In this document: positions 63,274 through 64,000 of the stretch, piece after piece
Layout: each line of letters opens with the position of its first letter
Numbering within the stretch: position 1 is the first letter of the stretch
Source: Bdellovibrionia bacterium
GTDB lineage: Bacteria; Bdellovibrionota; Bdellovibrionia; Bdellovibrionales; UBA1609
Length of the DNA stretch: 64,000 nt
Direction: 5' to 3'
Assembly: GCA_030432925.1 (NCBI GenBank)
Contig: JAUILT010000001.1
Coordinates: 13,468 to 77,467, forward strand
Translations under genes and position numbers: made by a program
Notes under the pieces: model-generated
Databases searched by the model: none
Told to the model about the DNA's origin: nothing
What the model saw: only the letters and a program-made list of their open reading frames with translations

Positions 63274-63303
63274 CCTTGTTACGGTTCCTAAAACGTAACA
63301 AGG
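63274..63303. promoter_or_regulatory. perfect 10-bp inverted repeat carrying GTTACG/CGTAAC (operator or terminator-like)
   Basis: ccttgttacg (63274-63283), a 10-nt loop, then cgtaacaagg (63294-63303). A T6 run begins 9 nt downstream. Confidence 0.6.
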
Positions 63304-63384
63304 CCTGCTTATTTTTTAGGATCACCATCTCGGGCTTCCGTACACAAAGGCGAAGCCCTCAACTTTTTGACAAGGAGAATTATT

Positions 63385-63570
63385 ATGCGGGAAGCAATCG
63401 ATTTCGCAATCGCAATCATTTTTAGCGGGTCACTGATTTTTGGTGGCGGTTACTCAATTAAGCAGATACACGATTATGTGAAGAAAGAGGCTATCGAGCA
63501 AATTTCTCAAGGCATGAGTTCATCTGAAGCCCAGGCAAACTTATTGACTGGAGAAAAATTAGATTTTTGA
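63385..63570 (+). CDS. small single-pass membrane protein (hypothetical)
   Basis: ATG 7 nt after the GGAG RBS. 'AIDFAIAIIFSGSLIFGGGY' is a TM helix. The track start at 63367 is a TTG inside the RBS region. Confidence 0.5.
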   Translation: MREAIDFAIAIIFSGSLIFGGGYSIKQIHDYVKKEAIEQISQGMSSSEAQANLLTGEKLDF

Positions 63571-63575
63571 TGCAA

Positions 63576-63600
63576 AGAGAGAGGGATCTCCCCTCTCTCT
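63576..63600. other. 10-bp perfect hairpin between convergent genes (non-canonical terminator)
   Basis: agagagaggg atctc ccctctctct followed by A8 on the plus strand. On the minus strand the T8 run precedes the stem rather than following it. Confidence 0.5.
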
Positions 63601-63659
63601 AAAAAAAAGTGAATTGCTCAACTCATGACGTATGGTTTGATCGCTAAATCAAAATCGAT

Positions 63660-63989
63660 TCAAAAAAAACCTTCTTCTTCAGATTCATTTTTTTTACAAA
63701 ATAAATTTAAGGTCATCATTTCAGGCGCTCCTCTTTCAAGAGTATCGGAGATTCCGACAAAGTGAACCATATGATAGCCATTATCTGCATCAACCCAATA
63801 TTGATACTTAACAAAAGTACCGCCTTCGACCCGCAAAGGCTCCCATAGATCGCTCAAAGAATCTGAGTCCATTTCAAGATAATCAAGGGTTACAACTTTT
63901 GGCCCAAGGTGTCCGTCATCATCAATGAGCTTATGGCAATTAAAACCAGCCCAAGATTTTGGTGTAAAAACACAAAGAAATAAAACCAT
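63660..63989 (-). CDS. hypothetical secreted protein
   Basis: ATG at 63989 (the track starts at a TTG at 63992). Signal-like 'MVLFLCVFTPKSWA'. No motif recognised. Confidence 0.5.
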   Translation of the reverse strand: MVLFLCVFTPKSWAGFNCHKLIDDDGHLGPKVVTLDYLEMDSDSLSDLWEPLRVEGGTFVKYQYWVDADNGYHMVHFVGISDTLERGAPEMMTLNLFCKKNESEEEGFF

Positions 63990-64000
63990 CAAAGAAACTG

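Noticed and set aside
63201-63425. 74-aa plus-strand ORF across the repeat/hairpin region
   Set aside because: It has a TTG start and no RBS, runs straight through the 27-nt repeat and two perfect hairpins, and overlaps the better-signalled small ORF at 63385.
1-64000. Search for CRISPR arrays, rRNA, intact tRNA, tmRNA, reverse-transcriptase-based systems (retron, DGR, group II intron) and integrase genes
   Set aside because: I found no regularly spaced direct repeats, no rRNA-like conserved blocks, no RT or tyrosine/serine recombinase motifs in any ORF, and only a partial tRNA. This absence rests on reading by eye and the ORF track, not on a computational scan.

Overview
This is an AT-rich bacterial chromosomal segment, densely coding on both strands, with roughly 60 supportable genes. 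I saw no rRNA, no intact tRNA and no CRISPR array. The gene content includes three subtilase-like genes, a membrane-anchored astacin, an HExxH-peptidase/TolB/beta-barrel fusion, an L,D-transpeptidase, a phytase-like esterase and a TIGR02147/DUF4423-like protein. There are also three cNMP-binding proteins and two GGDEF proteins. This content resembles a Bdellovibrio-and-like predatory bacterium (Bacteriovoracaceae/Halobacteriovorax type), but that taxonomic call is inference only. Positions 1-55,000 are mostly core genes: typA, ppc, rpsD, type-B rpmE, rnhA, a Csp, a parvulin, fadE, fadD and ABC transporters. Unusual items within this core are: (1) an orphan GspE-type ATPase carrying two cNMP-binding domains; (2) an RNase HI with a C-terminal hybrid-binding domain; (3) a translationally coupled MFS / peptidase-propeller-barrel pair; (4) a five-gene minus-strand cluster of a PA14/Fn3 lipoprotein, two histidine kinases, a CheY-like regulator and a glycine-rich anchored surface protein. 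Positions ~55,500-64,000 are an accessory mosaic. An intact and a collapsed copy of an AbrB-antitoxin/PIN/rve-transposase module lie in direct orientation and bracket ~6 kb of cargo. The cargo holds an HTH regulator, an operon led by a subtilase homologue lacking the catalytic His, and several small secreted or Cys-rich ORFs. An intact BrnT/BrnA module follows. After it comes a 3' fragment of tRNA-Leu(UAA) with repeated att-like words and several perfect hairpins, which looks like the scar of tandem integrations at a tRNA hotspot. All coordinates and motifs were read by hand from the sequence and the ORF track, and no database search was run.
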